From Granulicella sp. (lineage in GTDB: Bacteria > Acidobacteriota > Terriglobia > Terriglobales > Acidobacteriaceae), in contig DAHWNL010000051.1 in assembly GCA_027339965.1 (NCBI GenBank), positions 11,146 through 75,145 of the forward strand: 64,000 nt of DNA. Direction: 5' to 3'. This document shows positions 1 through 12,150 of the stretch, piece by piece; position 1 is the stretch's first letter, and each line of letters begins with the position of its first letter. The position numbers and the translations under genes were made by a program. Under the pieces are notes generated by a model. It was not told the origin of the DNA, searched no databases, and saw only the letters and a list, made by a program, of their open reading frames with translations.

Positions 1-898
1 GGCGGCGTTTGTGCTGCTCTTCTTTGCCTTCTCCACCCGCCAGGAGTACTACGTTCTGCCCGCGCTACCGGCGCTGGCGATACTGATCGCGGGCTGGCTG
101 GCGCAACCCAGCGAGGCCATAGGAAGGGCGGCACAGCGCGCCACAGCCGTTCTGCTGGCTCTGGGCGGAGTGTTTGCCGCAGCCAGCCTGATTTTTCTGC
201 TGCGGACCAAGCCGCCCACTCCGGGCGCCGACCTGGCTACGCTGCTCACCCAGCACCCGGCGGACTACGCCCTGAGCATGGGCCATCTTCTGGACCTGGA
301 TCTGGCCGCGCTGAGCCTGTTCCGCCTGCCCCTGGCGCTGGCCGCGCTCAGCCTGGCGCTGGGGCCGTTGCTTTCATTGCTTCTGCGGTACCGCTCGCGC
401 CCCCATGCAGCCACTCTGGCTCTGGCCGGCGGAGCCCTGGGATTCCTGCTGGCGGCGCACCTTGGCCTGCAGACCTTTGCCCCGGTGCTTACCTCCGCGC
501 AGCTCGCTGAGGCCATCGCCCCGCAGGTGCGGCCCCAGGACCTGATCGTGATCCACGGCGAATATGAGAGTGGAAGCACGCTGGGGTTCTATCTGCAGCG
601 CCCCGGCAGCTATGCGGCTCCCGCTGGCTCCGTGGCGCCGGCCGGCAACTTCATCCACATTCTGGAAGGACGAAGCTCGAATCTCTGGTATGGAAGCTTC
701 TTCCGCGACGCTCCGCCGATCTTCGAGACGCCGGCCTCGATCGCAGCCAAGTGGAATGGGGCGCAGCGCATCTTCCTGTGGCAGTCCCTGACCGACCCTC
801 CCAACCAACTCCCCCCGCTGCCCGGGCCGGTCTACGTGCTGGCCAGATCCGGCGGCAAGGAGATTGTGAGCAACAAGGGGCCAGGCTGGAGAGAGTAG
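1..898 (+). CDS. ArnT/PMT-like (GT39/GT83) membrane glycosyltransferase, C-terminal part (5' truncated by window)
   Basis: Hydrophobic ORF open from the window edge; 'FFAFSTRQEYYVLPALPALAILIA' resembles the ArnT 'S..K...Y.LP..P' motif. Confidence 0.65.
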   Translation, partial: AAFVLLFFAFSTRQEYYVLPALPALAILIAGWLAQPSEAIGRAAQRATAVLLALGGVFAAASLIFLLRTKPPTPGADLATLLTQHPADYALSMGHLLDLDLAALSLFRLPLALAALSLALGPLLSLLLRYRSRPHAATLALAGGALGFLLAAHLGLQTFAPVLTSAQLAEAIAPQVRPQDLIVIHGEYESGSTLGFYLQRPGSYAAPAGSVAPAGNFIHILEGRSSNLWYGSFFRDAPPIFETPASIAAKWNGAQRIFLWQSLTDPPNQLPPLPGPVYVLARSGGKEIVSNKGPGWRE

Positions 899-991
899 AA
901 GGCGCAAAGGCAGAGCGGCGATTCGAGTTGAGGCCTCCGCCTCACCCTTCAGGCGGGATCTTCTCAAGTTGGCTTTTTCTCAGCCCGTTTT

Positions 992-2209
992 TCAGCTTGA
1001 CTCATGCTGAGGTGACTCTTGCCGGCCTTCGACCCCCAGTCTCTCCAGCCGTCCGCGGCGCAGCCGGAACCTTTCGCCGCGCCAGACGACGGTGTCCGAG
1101 GCAAAGCTCCAAAACCAGAAGAAGAGGCCGCAGCAGTCGCGCAGAGGAAGCCAGATGAGGTCGCGCAGCACCTGACCATCGCCGAGAATGCCCACCCCAA
1201 CGGTGAGCGCCACGCTGACGCGCACCAGCAGCGCCATGCTGAACAGCGTGAAGGACCACAGGGCGAAGCCGCTGGCCAGCATGGCCGCCAAAGACCAGGG
1301 CAGGACGTAGGTGACAACCAGGCCCAGGTATCCCCAGCGGCGCGACTCGCGCACGGCGCGCGACCAGCGAAGCTGATGCTCGCAGAAGCCCCGCAGGGTA
1401 TAGGCGGGCACGGTGGTCTCTACGATCTCCGCAACCAGCTCGACGCGGTACCCGGCCTGGCACAGCCGCGCGCCCAGCTCGTAGTCATCGGCGAGCTGGT
1501 CCACCAGGGCCTCAAAGCCGCCGATGCCGGCCAGCGCGGTGCGGGAGGTGGCCAGCGTGGACCCCAGGCCAAAGCGGATGGAGCCCTCCAGGCGGCGAGC
1601 CACCAGCACGCCAGGCAAAAAATCCGTCGAGATGCCGAGCGCCTCCAGGCGCGACCACAGCGTGGCTCCAGCCCGGCCCCGATAGGGCACGGTGACCAGC
1701 CCAACACGCTGGTCGCGGAAGCCGGCCATCACGCGCTGCAAGTACTGGGGGGAAACGTGGATATCGCTATCGTTGACGATGAGATGTTCAAAGCGCGCCT
1801 GGGGCAGCATCTGCGCCAGGTTGGAGAGCTTTCCATTGGCCCCCAGCCTCTGTTTGCACTCCACCACGCGGATGTTCGCAGACGGGTACTCCACGCGCAG
1901 GCGAGCGATCTCCGGCACGGCGGGATCCTGCAGCGAGCTGACCCCGAACAGCAGCTCAAACTCTCCGCCATACTCCTGCACGCAGTGGCTCGCCAGCCCG
2001 GCGTACATGCTGGGATCCACGCCCTTGAGTGGCTTCAGGATGCTGACACCGCAGAGAGTTTGCAGCCCTGGGTCCGAAGCGGGCACAGGCGCCACCGCGC
2101 CGTCGCGTTCAAAGCGGCGGGCGCTCCACAGGGCCAGCAGACCGTAAGCGACTCCACAGAGCGCCAGCAACGCCACCACTCCCTGCACCAGCAGCCAAAG
2201 CAGATCCAT
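992..2209 (-). CDS. hpnI: Hopanoid-associated glycosyltransferase HpnI (GT21, ceramide glucosyltransferase-like)
   Basis: SILKPLKG, GANGKLSNL, NDSDI, LADDY and QLRW motifs; ATG at 2209 (MDLLWLL) preferred as start. Confidence 0.8.
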   Translation of the reverse strand: MDLLWLLVQGVVALLALCGVAYGLLALWSARRFERDGAVAPVPASDPGLQTLCGVSILKPLKGVDPSMYAGLASHCVQEYGGEFELLFGVSSLQDPAVPEIARLRVEYPSANIRVVECKQRLGANGKLSNLAQMLPQARFEHLIVNDSDIHVSPQYLQRVMAGFRDQRVGLVTVPYRGRAGATLWSRLEALGISTDFLPGVLVARRLEGSIRFGLGSTLATSRTALAGIGGFEALVDQLADDYELGARLCQAGYRVELVAEIVETTVPAYTLRGFCEHQLRWSRAVRESRRWGYLGLVVTYVLPWSLAAMLASGFALWSFTLFSMALLVRVSVALTVGVGILGDGQVLRDLIWLPLRDCCGLFFWFWSFASDTVVWRGERFRLRRGRLERLGVEGRQESPQHESS

Positions 2210-2274
2210 GCCACCAGTGTAGAAGGAAGGCAGGGGAGCGCCGGTTGGGCTGCGGTGAACCCGGAGCGGCGGCG

Positions 2275-3522
2275 TCACTCGTAGCGTAGAGCCTCAATGG
2301 GATTGAGGTTGGCGGCCTTCCAGGCCGGATAGATGCCAAATAACAGGCCGATGGCGCAGGAGCAGAGGAAGGCAGCCAGCACCCAGAGAACACTTACCTG
2401 ACAGGGGATGAAGACCTTGAGCGCCATGGCGAGTCCGGCGCCGAGGAAGATGCCGATGACTCCGCCGACCGCGCAGAGCACAATCGCCTCCAGGGTGAAC
2501 TGCAGAAGGATGGTCTGGCGGCTGGCGCCGATCGCTTTGCGCACGCCGATCTCGCGCGTTCGCTCCGTGACGCTGACCAGCATGATGTTCATCACGCCCA
2601 CGCCACCCACCATGAGGCCCACTGTGCTCAGGCCGAACATGAGCAGAAACAGGCTGCCGGTGATCTGCTTCCACAGCCGGGTGAGAGCCTCCGGCGCGAA
2701 GATGGCGAAGTTGTCCGGCTGCTCATTGCGCACCTTGCGCCGCCGACGCAGCAGCTCCCGGATCTCATCGGTCACAAGTTGCTGATCCTTCTGGTTGTCG
2801 TACTTGGCGCTGATCCAGTAGTCCAGAATCTCCGGGTGGAGTTTTCTGAAGGTAGGTATGGTGAAGTACGCCGTGCTGTCATCCGGGTTCTTGCCGCCTC
2901 CAAAGATCGTCTTCTGCTTCTCGAAGACCCCGATCACCGTGAAGGTGCGGTCATCGATGACCACCTGCTTGCCAAGAGGGTCGATGGCTCCAAACAGGTC
3001 ATCGGCAAGATCGTGGCCCAGCACGGTGACGTCGGCGGCGCGCTGCTGATCGATGGCGGTGAAGAAGCGGCCCTCGGACAGAGCTTTGTCATAGACGATG
3101 GCGTTGGAGGGGGTATCGCCTTCCAGGCTTACATTGTCCGCCTCATTGCGGCCGAACTTGGCGATGACCGATCCGGTGCCGAACTGATAGTTGGTGTACT
3201 GCAGTGAGGCGGAAGCAGCCACCACATGGGGCAGTTGGGAGATCGCCACCATATCGTCGTAGGTGAGCTGCTTGCGAGCCAGCATCTCCGCAGTGGGCTG
3301 AACCCCGATGACGGGAAAGCGGTAGATCCACAGAACGTTGCTGCCAAACTGCGCCACCCAGTCCCCTACGGAGGTGTTCAGCCCATTGATCACCGAGGAG
3401 ATGGTGATGACCGTGAGCACGCCGATGACGATGCCCAGGATGGTCAGCCCGGAGCGCAGCTTGTTGGTGCGCAGGGTGTCCAGCGCCATCTTGACGGTCT
3501 CGCGTTGGTCCTTGGCTCTCAT
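2275..3522 (-). CDS. MacB/FtsX-family ABC transporter permease
   Basis: NKLRSGLTILGIVIGV and GGVGVMNIMLVSVTERTREIGVRKAIGA motifs; C-terminus PIEALRYE. Confidence 0.9.
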   Translation of the reverse strand: MRAKDQRETVKMALDTLRTNKLRSGLTILGIVIGVLTVITISSVINGLNTSVGDWVAQFGSNVLWIYRFPVIGVQPTAEMLARKQLTYDDMVAISQLPHVVAASASLQYTNYQFGTGSVIAKFGRNEADNVSLEGDTPSNAIVYDKALSEGRFFTAIDQQRAADVTVLGHDLADDLFGAIDPLGKQVVIDDRTFTVIGVFEKQKTIFGGGKNPDDSTAYFTIPTFRKLHPEILDYWISAKYDNQKDQQLVTDEIRELLRRRRKVRNEQPDNFAIFAPEALTRLWKQITGSLFLLMFGLSTVGLMVGGVGVMNIMLVSVTERTREIGVRKAIGASRQTILLQFTLEAIVLCAVGGVIGIFLGAGLAMALKVFIPCQVSVLWVLAAFLCSCAIGLLFGIYPAWKAANLNPIEALRYE

Positions 3523-3573
3523 CGATACGTTGATACGTTGCAAAAGTGGGCGCGGAGGCCATGCGTCGTCTCT

Positions 3574-3700
3574 CCACGATTTCTTGTCTCAGCGATTTCT
3601 TGTCCCAGCGACTCCTTCGTCCCAGCGACTCCTTCGTTCCAGCGACTCCTTCGTCCCAGCGACTCCTTGTCCCAGCCTTCCGGGTCCCAGCCTTCCGGCC
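3574..3700. repeat. Intergenic tandem array of ~8 degenerate 14-17 bp units (core CCCAGCGACTCCTTCGT)
   Basis: Units read directly: ctcagcgatttcttgt, cccagcgactccttcgt x2, tccagcgactccttcgt, cccagcgactccttgt, cccagccttccgg x2; no spacers. Confidence 0.85.
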
Positions 3701-3706
3701 TCCCCC

Positions 3707-4933
<1,227 letters not shown>

Positions 4934-5076
4934 CCGAGGTTCACCGCGCCACTAGCCTTAAGTCTAGGGGATTTTTCCTGTTGCCGGGCAACTTCCAGGA
5001 ATACGCAAACCCTGGCCGCGCGGTTCCTTGGAGACGCGGGAGCCGGCGCCGCAGGTGGGCTGCTAAACTTGAAGCT

Positions 5077-5513
5077 GTGCAGGCGGCCGGATGATCGCTG
5101 CCTTCGGCGGTTCGCCGTCCGGAGGGAGAGGAAAGTCCGAACTCCGCAGGGCAGTGTGCCGGATAACGTCCGGGACGGCGAGTTCAAGCTCGCTGGACGG
5201 CCAGTGCAACAGAAAGCAAACCGCCGCTCGAGGGCCCGCAAGGGTGGTCGAGCGGTAAGGGTGAAAGGGTGGGGTAAGAGCCCACCGCGCGGCTGGTAAC
5301 AGCCGTGGCACGGTAAACCCCACACGGAGCAAGACCAAATAGGCAGGGAGTCCGCCCGCAAACACGAGTGCGGACGGCGCGCGGCGGCCCGTCACGCCCA
5401 GGATCGTGGAGCACGTTCCGAAACCTGCGGGTAGGTTGCTTGAGCCCCATCGCAAGATGTGGCCTAGAGGAATGATCATCTAAAACAGAATTCGGCTTAC
5501 GGGCCGCCTGCAC
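5077..5513 (+). ncRNA. rnpB: RNase P RNA (bacterial type A)
   Basis: GAGGAAAGTCCG, GGGTGAAAGGGTGGGGTAAGAGCCCACC, GGTAAACCCC..GGAGCAAG and AACAGAATTCGGCTTAC motifs; P1 ends GTGCAGGCGGCC/GGCCGCCTGCAC pair. Confidence 0.97.
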
Positions 5514-6122
5514 AAAGTTCTGAGGGCCGCGCGCCGGGACGGCGGCGCAGGTAAGGTGCGGCTGGATACGGCTGCGGATGGCCTCGGCGGCAGAGCGTGT
5601 CACGGCCGGACTGCACCTGTGCAGGCACCTGTCCAAGCAGTTTTGTGGACGCGATCCTCCTCTTGCCGAAACCAGGAGCCCTGTTGGTTCGAACTCTGCG
5701 ATTCGGCCCACCCCTTTTCGATGGACGAGACACGGAACAAGCTGAAGGCGCGCGGCCGGGGGCTGAAGCTCATCAAGGACTCCTTCCATCCTGGCGGTGA
5801 ACTGGGCGGTGAACTGGGCGATAAACTGCGCGGTAAAATGGTGGAGACGAACATTGGCTCGCGCGATGTGGCCGCGCAAGTACGCAAGTATCTTTGACGT
5901 CGGCAACCAGCAAGCTGCTGTCAGCGAACAAGCGCGGCCGGGGTGGGCAATAGTATCTCTGCGCCGCGCAAGGCCGCGGCGTTGATGGGGGGCTGGGGTC
6001 CTGTTGGGTATGCCAGGGCCTGTTCCTTCCACTGGGGTGGATGGCCTTCGTCATCGGAACCGGCTCTGGCGCCGATGATTTTATTTAACTGAGCAGCAAA
6101 GCTGCGTTTCGAGGTTTGCCGT

Positions 6123-8585
6123 ATGCGTATGAATTTTGCCGGACTCTCACTTGCAATGGCCGTTCTTGTTCTTCCAGCCCGCAGCTTCACCCAAAGCGCT
6201 ACCGTGGTTGATCCTTCCCAACGGGCCTGGCATGCATCCTGGGTTACCCATCCCACCGCTCCACTGCGTGAGCCTCTCGTGCTGCACTTCCGGCGCTTCG
6301 TCACGTTTGCCTCAGCTCCAGCCAACTATATTGTCCGGGTCAGTGCCGACAACCGTTTTGTTCTTTACGTGAACGGACGGCGAGCCGGCGATGGCCCCGC
6401 CCGCGGCGATCTCAGCCACTGGCGCTATGAGAAGTTTGATCTTGCGTCCTATCTCCACAGCGGTAAAAATCTTGTCACAGCCACGGTTTGGAACTGGGGC
6501 ATCTACGCGCCCATCGCGCAGATGAGCGATCGCACCGCATTCCTGCTTGAGAGCGAGGCCACCGGCGCCGAGGCAATCAGCACTCCCAAAGGCTGGCAGG
6601 TGCAAACCGAACCTTGCCATAGCGCTCTCAACCGCAACTCTGTCACCCAGCGCTCTTATATGGCCTCCGGCCCCGGTGAGCAGGTTGCCGCCGCACTGTG
6701 CGACTGGAATTGGAACACTCCGACAGATTCCAGCTCCAACTGGGTTTCCGTGGCCTCGCCGATGCGCGACAGCATCTATGGCAACGTCAATCATGCCCGC
6801 TCCGCTGACTCTAGCGGCGGAAACTCCTGGGGCCTCGTCCCTGACACCCTGCCGCACATGGTCTACGAACCCACCAGCGCCGGCCGGGTTGTGCGCGTTG
6901 ATTCCATCGCCGCCGAGCCACCCGGCGCAATGTCCTTTCCCACGCACCCCTTCACCATCCCCGCCAACACGCATCTCCACATCCTGCTTGATCGCCGCAC
7001 TCTCACCACCGCATATCCCATCCTCACCGTCTCTGGCGGCAAGGGTTCTGACATCTGGCTCACTTACGCGGAGGCCCTCTATGACAACAAAGATCGCAAA
7101 GGTGATCGCAATGCTCTCACCTACAGCGACGCAAATGGCGTGGAACATCCCCGCCAGGCACTCGGTCTGCGCGACGAATTCCTGCCCGACGGAGGCGCAC
7201 ACCGAACGTTTGAGTCATTATGGTGGCGCACATGGCGCTATCTCGACCTTGATATCCGCACCGGCAGCGAGCCTCTGCAGCTCGATTCACTCGCTGCCGC
7301 CTTCACCGCGTATCCCTTCCAGGAGCGTGCCAATTTCCAGTCACCCGATCCTCAGCTAGCTAAAATATGGGAGATCAGCTGGCGCACCGCGCGTCTGGAT
7401 GCCCACGAAACCTACATGGACACGCCCTATTACGAGCAGCTCCAGTACATAGGCGACACCCGAATCCAGGCCCTGATCTCTTACGCCGTCACCGGGGACG
7501 ATCGGCTTGCCCGCCAGGCGCTCCAGGCCTTCAACGACTCCCGCATCCCTGAGGGCATCACTCGCAGCCGCTACCCGAGTTCGCTGGGGCAGAACATTCC
7601 CACGTTCTCTCTGCTGTGGATCGGTATGCTGCACGACTACTGGATGTACCGTGCGGATCCAGAGCCCATTCGCAACTCGCTGGTTGGAACGCGCGCGGTT
7701 CTTGACTGGTTTGCCCTCTACCAGCAGCCCGACGGCCTGCTGCGCAGGCTGCCCTGGTGGAGCTTTATTGACTGGGTTCCCTCCGGCGCAATTCCCACGT
7801 ATGGAGCGAACGGCGAGTCCTGTGTCACCTCGCTTCAATATCTTGGCGCCCTGCGCAACGCGGCTGACCTTGAAGCTGCATTCGGAGATCCCAACCTCGC
7901 CGCGCGCTACCGTACCCGTGCTTCTCACGTCAGCGCCGGAATTTACAGCAAGTGCTGGGTTCCATCGCGCGGTATGCTGGCGGATAACCCGGATAAGACG
8001 GTCTTCAGCCAGCAGTCCAACATTCTGGGTGTGCTCTATGACGCGATCCCCAAGGATCAGCAGCATGCTGTTCTTGAAAGAGTGCTGGCCATCGAGCCGG
8101 GAACCACGCCAAACGGCGTTCTCAGCGCCTCCTACTACTTCCGTTTCTATCTGGCCCGCGCACTCGACCACGCTGGAATGGCTGATGATTACCTCGCTTC
8201 CATCAAGCCGTGGCGGCAGTTGCTCGCACTGCACTTCAGTACCTGGCCGGAAGCGCCGGGCGACACGCGTTCCGACTCGCACGCTTGGAGTGCTCATCCG
8301 ATTTACGATCTGCTGACCCTGGTGGCGGGCATTGAACCAGCCAGTCCCGGGTTCAGGACGGTACGCATTGCTCCGCATCTCGGCTCGCTGCCTTCCCTCA
8401 CGGCCAAATACCCGCATCCCGATGGGATGATCGAGGTGGACTACCATCGTCATGGCAAAGGTCTCGATGCCAAGATCACCCTGCCGGCCAAGCTGCGCGG
8501 CGTCTTTGTTTTCGGTGGGGAGACCTGGCCCCTCGTGTCCGGGGAGAATCACATTCACGCACCCGGACCAGACGCCGGTGAGTGA
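6123..8585 (+). CDS. Secreted alpha-L-rhamnosidase (GH78)
   Basis: Signal peptide; VSADNRFVLYVNG; ETYMDTPYYEQLQYIGD; SDSHAWSAHP. Confidence 0.85.
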   Translation: MRMNFAGLSLAMAVLVLPARSFTQSATVVDPSQRAWHASWVTHPTAPLREPLVLHFRRFVTFASAPANYIVRVSADNRFVLYVNGRRAGDGPARGDLSHWRYEKFDLASYLHSGKNLVTATVWNWGIYAPIAQMSDRTAFLLESEATGAEAISTPKGWQVQTEPCHSALNRNSVTQRSYMASGPGEQVAAALCDWNWNTPTDSSSNWVSVASPMRDSIYGNVNHARSADSSGGNSWGLVPDTLPHMVYEPTSAGRVVRVDSIAAEPPGAMSFPTHPFTIPANTHLHILLDRRTLTTAYPILTVSGGKGSDIWLTYAEALYDNKDRKGDRNALTYSDANGVEHPRQALGLRDEFLPDGGAHRTFESLWWRTWRYLDLDIRTGSEPLQLDSLAAAFTAYPFQERANFQSPDPQLAKIWEISWRTARLDAHETYMDTPYYEQLQYIGDTRIQALISYAVTGDDRLARQALQAFNDSRIPEGITRSRYPSSLGQNIPTFSLLWIGMLHDYWMYRADPEPIRNSLVGTRAVLDWFALYQQPDGLLRRLPWWSFIDWVPSGAIPTYGANGESCVTSLQYLGALRNAADLEAAFGDPNLAARYRTRASHVSAGIYSKCWVPSRGMLADNPDKTVFSQQSNILGVLYDAIPKDQQHAVLERVLAIEPGTTPNGVLSASYYFRFYLARALDHAGMADDYLASIKPWRQLLALHFSTWPEAPGDTRSDSHAWSAHPIYDLLTLVAGIEPASPGFRTVRIAPHLGSLPSLTAKYPHPDGMIEVDYHRHGKGLDAKITLPAKLRGVFVFGGETWPLVSGENHIHAPGPDAGE

Positions 8586-9180
8586 GATGCAAATGCCGGC
8601 CGCGGGAGATCTGTGTTGGAGTGGATACGCCGGCGGCTGAGCGTCTTCCATCGCGGGCCGGTTTAGAATTCCCGAATCAGCAGTTCCATCGCTCGACGGC
8701 GATCTTGTCGCCGGCCGGGTCCTCCAGAGTCAATCGCATCGTGCTTCAGACACCCGAAGCCCCTCGTGAGCTCCAGCACCATGAGGGAAAGATGTGCCTT
8801 GACTGCTCGCGCGTCGCAGTCCATCGCTGCGAAGAGAAAGATGCCGGATGACCTTCCCCGCGTGGATGGGGCTTGGAAGGCCGTTGCAGCGGCGCAGGCG
8901 CCGCTTGGCCTGGCGCCGGAATTTCGCTTCGCAGGGTTTCGTGTTCCCTGAGCTCAAAGCCACTTCAAATCTACGCTCTTGCCACCAAGGCTCTGAGCGT
9001 TCTTCGACATGGCGCGCGTCGTTGTATCGCTTACGCCATCTGGAAACTCCGCTGGAATCTCAAGGGCTCCCTTCCAACGATGAGCTCCAATCAGGCGCAA
9101 CAAGCGAGACAATCTCGCCTGCGAGCGGCCAAGGGCGCGCGACCACTGTAGCGGGAAAAGACGGACACCGTCCAGAAGCG

Positions 9181-9777
9181 CTAGCCGGCTCCCTGGTCCT
9201 CGCTCGTCCTCTCCGGGGCATCCTGCATCCCGACCCGGCGAATCACGATCCAAGCGTACTCGGCAGCCGACATGGGGGCCATCACCGCGATCGTCCACAG
9301 CAGCACGGAGCGCAGGTCTTCCATCCCCGGACGCGGAAACACCTCCCAGGTCATTACCGTGAGCACACCCAGAATCTGCACCAGCGTATTCACTTTGCCC
9401 AGCCTGCTGGGCGGGAAGTTGCGCAGGGTTCCCGTGGCGAACAGCAAAGTGGCGATCAGCAAGATACCTGCGTCCCGGCTGAGCACCAGCACCGTCACAA
9501 AGCGAGGAATGACCCCCACATGGGTCAGCACCACAAACAGAGTGCTCAGCAGCAGTTTGTCCGCAATCGGATCCAGATACTGCCCCAGCGTGGTCCGTTG
9601 CTGGAGCTTCCGGGCCAGAAGACCGTCCAGGCCATCGCTCACCCCGGCTACCCAGAGCAGGCCAAAGGCCAGGCCCCAGTGCCGGTAAAGGATCGCAATC
9701 ACAAGAAAAGGCAGGACAAACAGCCGCAGCATCGTCAGCAGGTTGGGAGTGGATCGGAATTGTTGAAGCGCGGTCAC
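9181..9777 (-). CDS. CDP-alcohol phosphatidyltransferase family protein
   Basis: PNLLTMLR and SDGLDGLLARKLQQRTTLGQYLDPIADK signature. Confidence 0.9.
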   Translation of the reverse strand: MTALQQFRSTPNLLTMLRLFVLPFLVIAILYRHWGLAFGLLWVAGVSDGLDGLLARKLQQRTTLGQYLDPIADKLLLSTLFVVLTHVGVIPRFVTVLVLSRDAGILLIATLLFATGTLRNFPPSRLGKVNTLVQILGVLTVMTWEVFPRPGMEDLRSVLLWTIAVMAPMSAAEYAWIVIRRVGMQDAPERTSEDQGAG

Positions 9778-9856
9778 AGACGAGGCAAAGCCGGCGGAAC
9801 GTCTCGTTCCTTGGTGATGCCATGGTAGACGATTTGAGGGTGCGAATATCGCGGCA

Positions 9857-9881
9857 ATCTACGACCAATCTGGTCTTGCAT
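9857..9881 (+). promoter_or_regulatory. Candidate Rrf2/IscR operator
   Basis: 25-bp imperfect palindrome ATCTAC-GACCA-ATC-TGGTC-TTGCAT with the geometry of the IscR type-1 box, upstream of the rrf2 gene. Confidence 0.5.
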
Positions 9882-9957
9882 CTGGGCAGACGAAACCGTA
9901 CACTGAGCACAGCGCAATGCTGCGCGGCCGCTCCCACCGCCCCTGCGCGACCTATCC

Positions 9958-10446
9958 ATGCTCAGGCTCACCAAAAAAGCAGATTACGGCCTGATGGCCC
10001 TGAAGTACCTCGGCGAACAGGCTGATCTGGCTGCGCGCGCCGGCTCGGAGGTGCATCTGACGGGAGCGCGCTCCGCAAAGGACATTGCCGAGGCCTATCA
10101 CATCCCGCCCCAGTTGCTGGCCAAGATTCTCCAGACCCTGACCCGAGCCGGCCTGCTCGTCTCCCACGCAGGCACCAATGGAGGCTATGCGCTGGCCCGG
10201 CCTGCCTCCAGCATCTCCACCTTCGAGGTCATCCGCGCCATTGATGGCCCGCTGTTTATCACCAGTTGCATCACCATTCACGGGCCCTGCGACTTGGCAG
10301 GGCACTGCACCATCAAAGAACCGTTGCGCAAAGTGAATGAGAGCATCACCCGCCTGCTCTCGGACATCAGCGTCTCGGATCTGATCGAACCAGCAGATCA
10401 GCTGCCCGCGCCGATGGCGGGCGGACTGGTAACGATCGGGCGATAG
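9958..10446 (+). CDS. iscR: Rrf2-family Fe-S regulator (IscR-like)
   Basis: [23 protein letters not shown], three Cys (C-x6-C-x5-C); leads the isc cluster. Confidence 0.8.
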   Translation: MLRLTKKADYGLMALKYLGEQADLAARAGSEVHLTGARSAKDIAEAYHIPPQLLAKILQTLTRAGLLVSHAGTNGGYALARPASSISTFEVIRAIDGPLFITSCITIHGPCDLAGHCTIKEPLRKVNESITRLLSDISVSDLIEPADQLPAPMAGGLVTIGR

Positions 10447-10678
10447 GCGGGTGAATTCATCGGCTGTCCGGCGCTTTTCGCATCCGACGGCCGCACAGAA
10501 GACTCTGCCGGAACCAAACAGGGAAGAGACCCCCATCGGCTCCGGCGGAGACGGTTTGGACCGACAGGAGAAAAGCTGCCAGAGCATCGGAGCAGAGCAG
10601 CATCAACGCAGGACAGGATCGAGCGAGCAGAACCGCAACCACACGCGCTTCCAACGCGACCCTTCAGGAGCGAACACC

Positions 10679-11950
10679 ATGGCTGAAACCATCGGAATGA
10701 ACATCACCCAGTCCAACCACCCCCTCCCCGGCGGCGTCCGGCTGCCTATCTACATGGACAACCACGCCACCACCCCGCTGGATCCGCGCGTCCTGGAGGC
10801 CATGATGCCGTACCTGACCAACATCTACGGCAACGCGGCCAGCCGCAACCACTCCTTTGGCTGGGAGGCCGAGCAGGGGGTGGAGAAGGCTCGCGAACAG
10901 ATTGCCCGTCTGATCGGCGCTACGGCCAAGGAGATCGTCTTTACCTCCGGGGCCACCGAGAGCACCAATCTGGCCATCAAGGGCGTCGCCGAAATGTACC
11001 GCGAGCGCGGCAACCACATTATCACCCAAGTGACCGAACACAAGGCCACCCTGGACACCTGTAAGCGCCTGGAAAAGTCCGGATTTCGCGTCACCTTCCT
11101 GCCGGTGATGGCCGATGGTCTGATCGACATGGAAGACCTGAAGCGAGCCATCGACGGCCAGACCATTCTGGTCTCGATCATGTACGCCAACAACGAAATC
11201 GGCGTCATCCAGCCGATCCAGGAGATCGGCAAGCTTTGTCATGAGAAGGGCATTTTGTTTCACTGCGACGCCGTCCAGGCGGTGGGCAAGATTCCGGTCA
11301 ACGTGCTGAGCGACAACATCGACCTGATGAGCATCTCCGGCCACAAGATCTACGGGCCAAAGGGAGTGGGGGCGCTGTACGTCCGCCGCCGCAACCCGCG
11401 TGTGCAACTAGCAGAGCAGATCAACGGGGGCGGCCACGAGCGTGGCATGCGCTCCGGCACCCTGAACGTCCCCGGCATCGTCGGCATGGGCAAGGCCTGC
11501 GAGATCTGCATGCAGGAGATGGAGACGGAAGCGCGGCGCGATCAGGAGCTTCGGGATCATCTGATGAATCGGCTGCAGAACACGCTGGACTACGTCCGGG
11601 TAAACGGCAACATGGAGCACCACCTGCCTGGCAATCTGAATATGAGCTTCATCTATGTAGAGGGCGAGAGCCTGCTGATGGGCATCAATGACGTGGCCGT
11701 CAGCTCCGGTTCGGCCTGCACCTCAGCCACGCTGGAGCCCAGCTACGTGCTCAAGGCCCTGGGCCTGGGCGACGATGTGGCCCATAGCTCCATCCGCTTC
11801 GGCATTGGCCGCTTCAACACCCGGGCGGAAGTGGACTACGTGGCGGACAAGATCATCGAGGTGGTCCAGAAGCTCCGCGAGCTCAGCCCGCTCTACGAGA
11901 TGGTCAAGGAAGGCATCGATCTCTCCAAGATTGAGTGGGCCGCGCACTAG
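10679..11950 (+). CDS. iscS: Cysteine desulfurase IscS
   Basis: [36 protein letters not shown] 10679 follows AGGAG. Confidence 0.95.
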   Translation: MAETIGMNITQSNHPLPGGVRLPIYMDNHATTPLDPRVLEAMMPYLTNIYGNAASRNHSFGWEAEQGVEKAREQIARLIGATAKEIVFTSGATESTNLAIKGVAEMYRERGNHIITQVTEHKATLDTCKRLEKSGFRVTFLPVMADGLIDMEDLKRAIDGQTILVSIMYANNEIGVIQPIQEIGKLCHEKGILFHCDAVQAVGKIPVNVLSDNIDLMSISGHKIYGPKGVGALYVRRRNPRVQLAEQINGGGHERGMRSGTLNVPGIVGMGKACEICMQEMETEARRDQELRDHLMNRLQNTLDYVRVNGNMEHHLPGNLNMSFIYVEGESLLMGINDVAVSSGSACTSATLEPSYVLKALGLGDDVAHSSIRFGIGRFNTRAEVDYVADKIIEVVQKLRELSPLYEMVKEGIDLSKIEWAAH

Positions 11951-12150
11951 GAGCCTGGAACCGAGCCTGGAAGCTGCGGGGCGCCAAACTGCGTGGTTTC
12001 CCGCCCTTCCATAGACCGTGAGGAAAGAAAACTTCCTGCTGATTTTTCTTCCCGCACCAAAATAGTCCGAGTTATAATCTAACCAGACAAGATGGAGGCT
12101 GGGCGCGGTTTGCACGGCCGCGCCCGCCTCACCGGAGAGGGACACCCACT

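Noticed and set aside
3574..3700. CRISPR array
   Set aside because: Units are contiguous and 14-17 bp with no unique spacers; no cas genes in the window
8640..9150. Glyoxalase-like pseudogene fragment ('TLEDPAGDKIAV' on the minus strand)
   Set aside because: Similarity is too short and interrupted by stops
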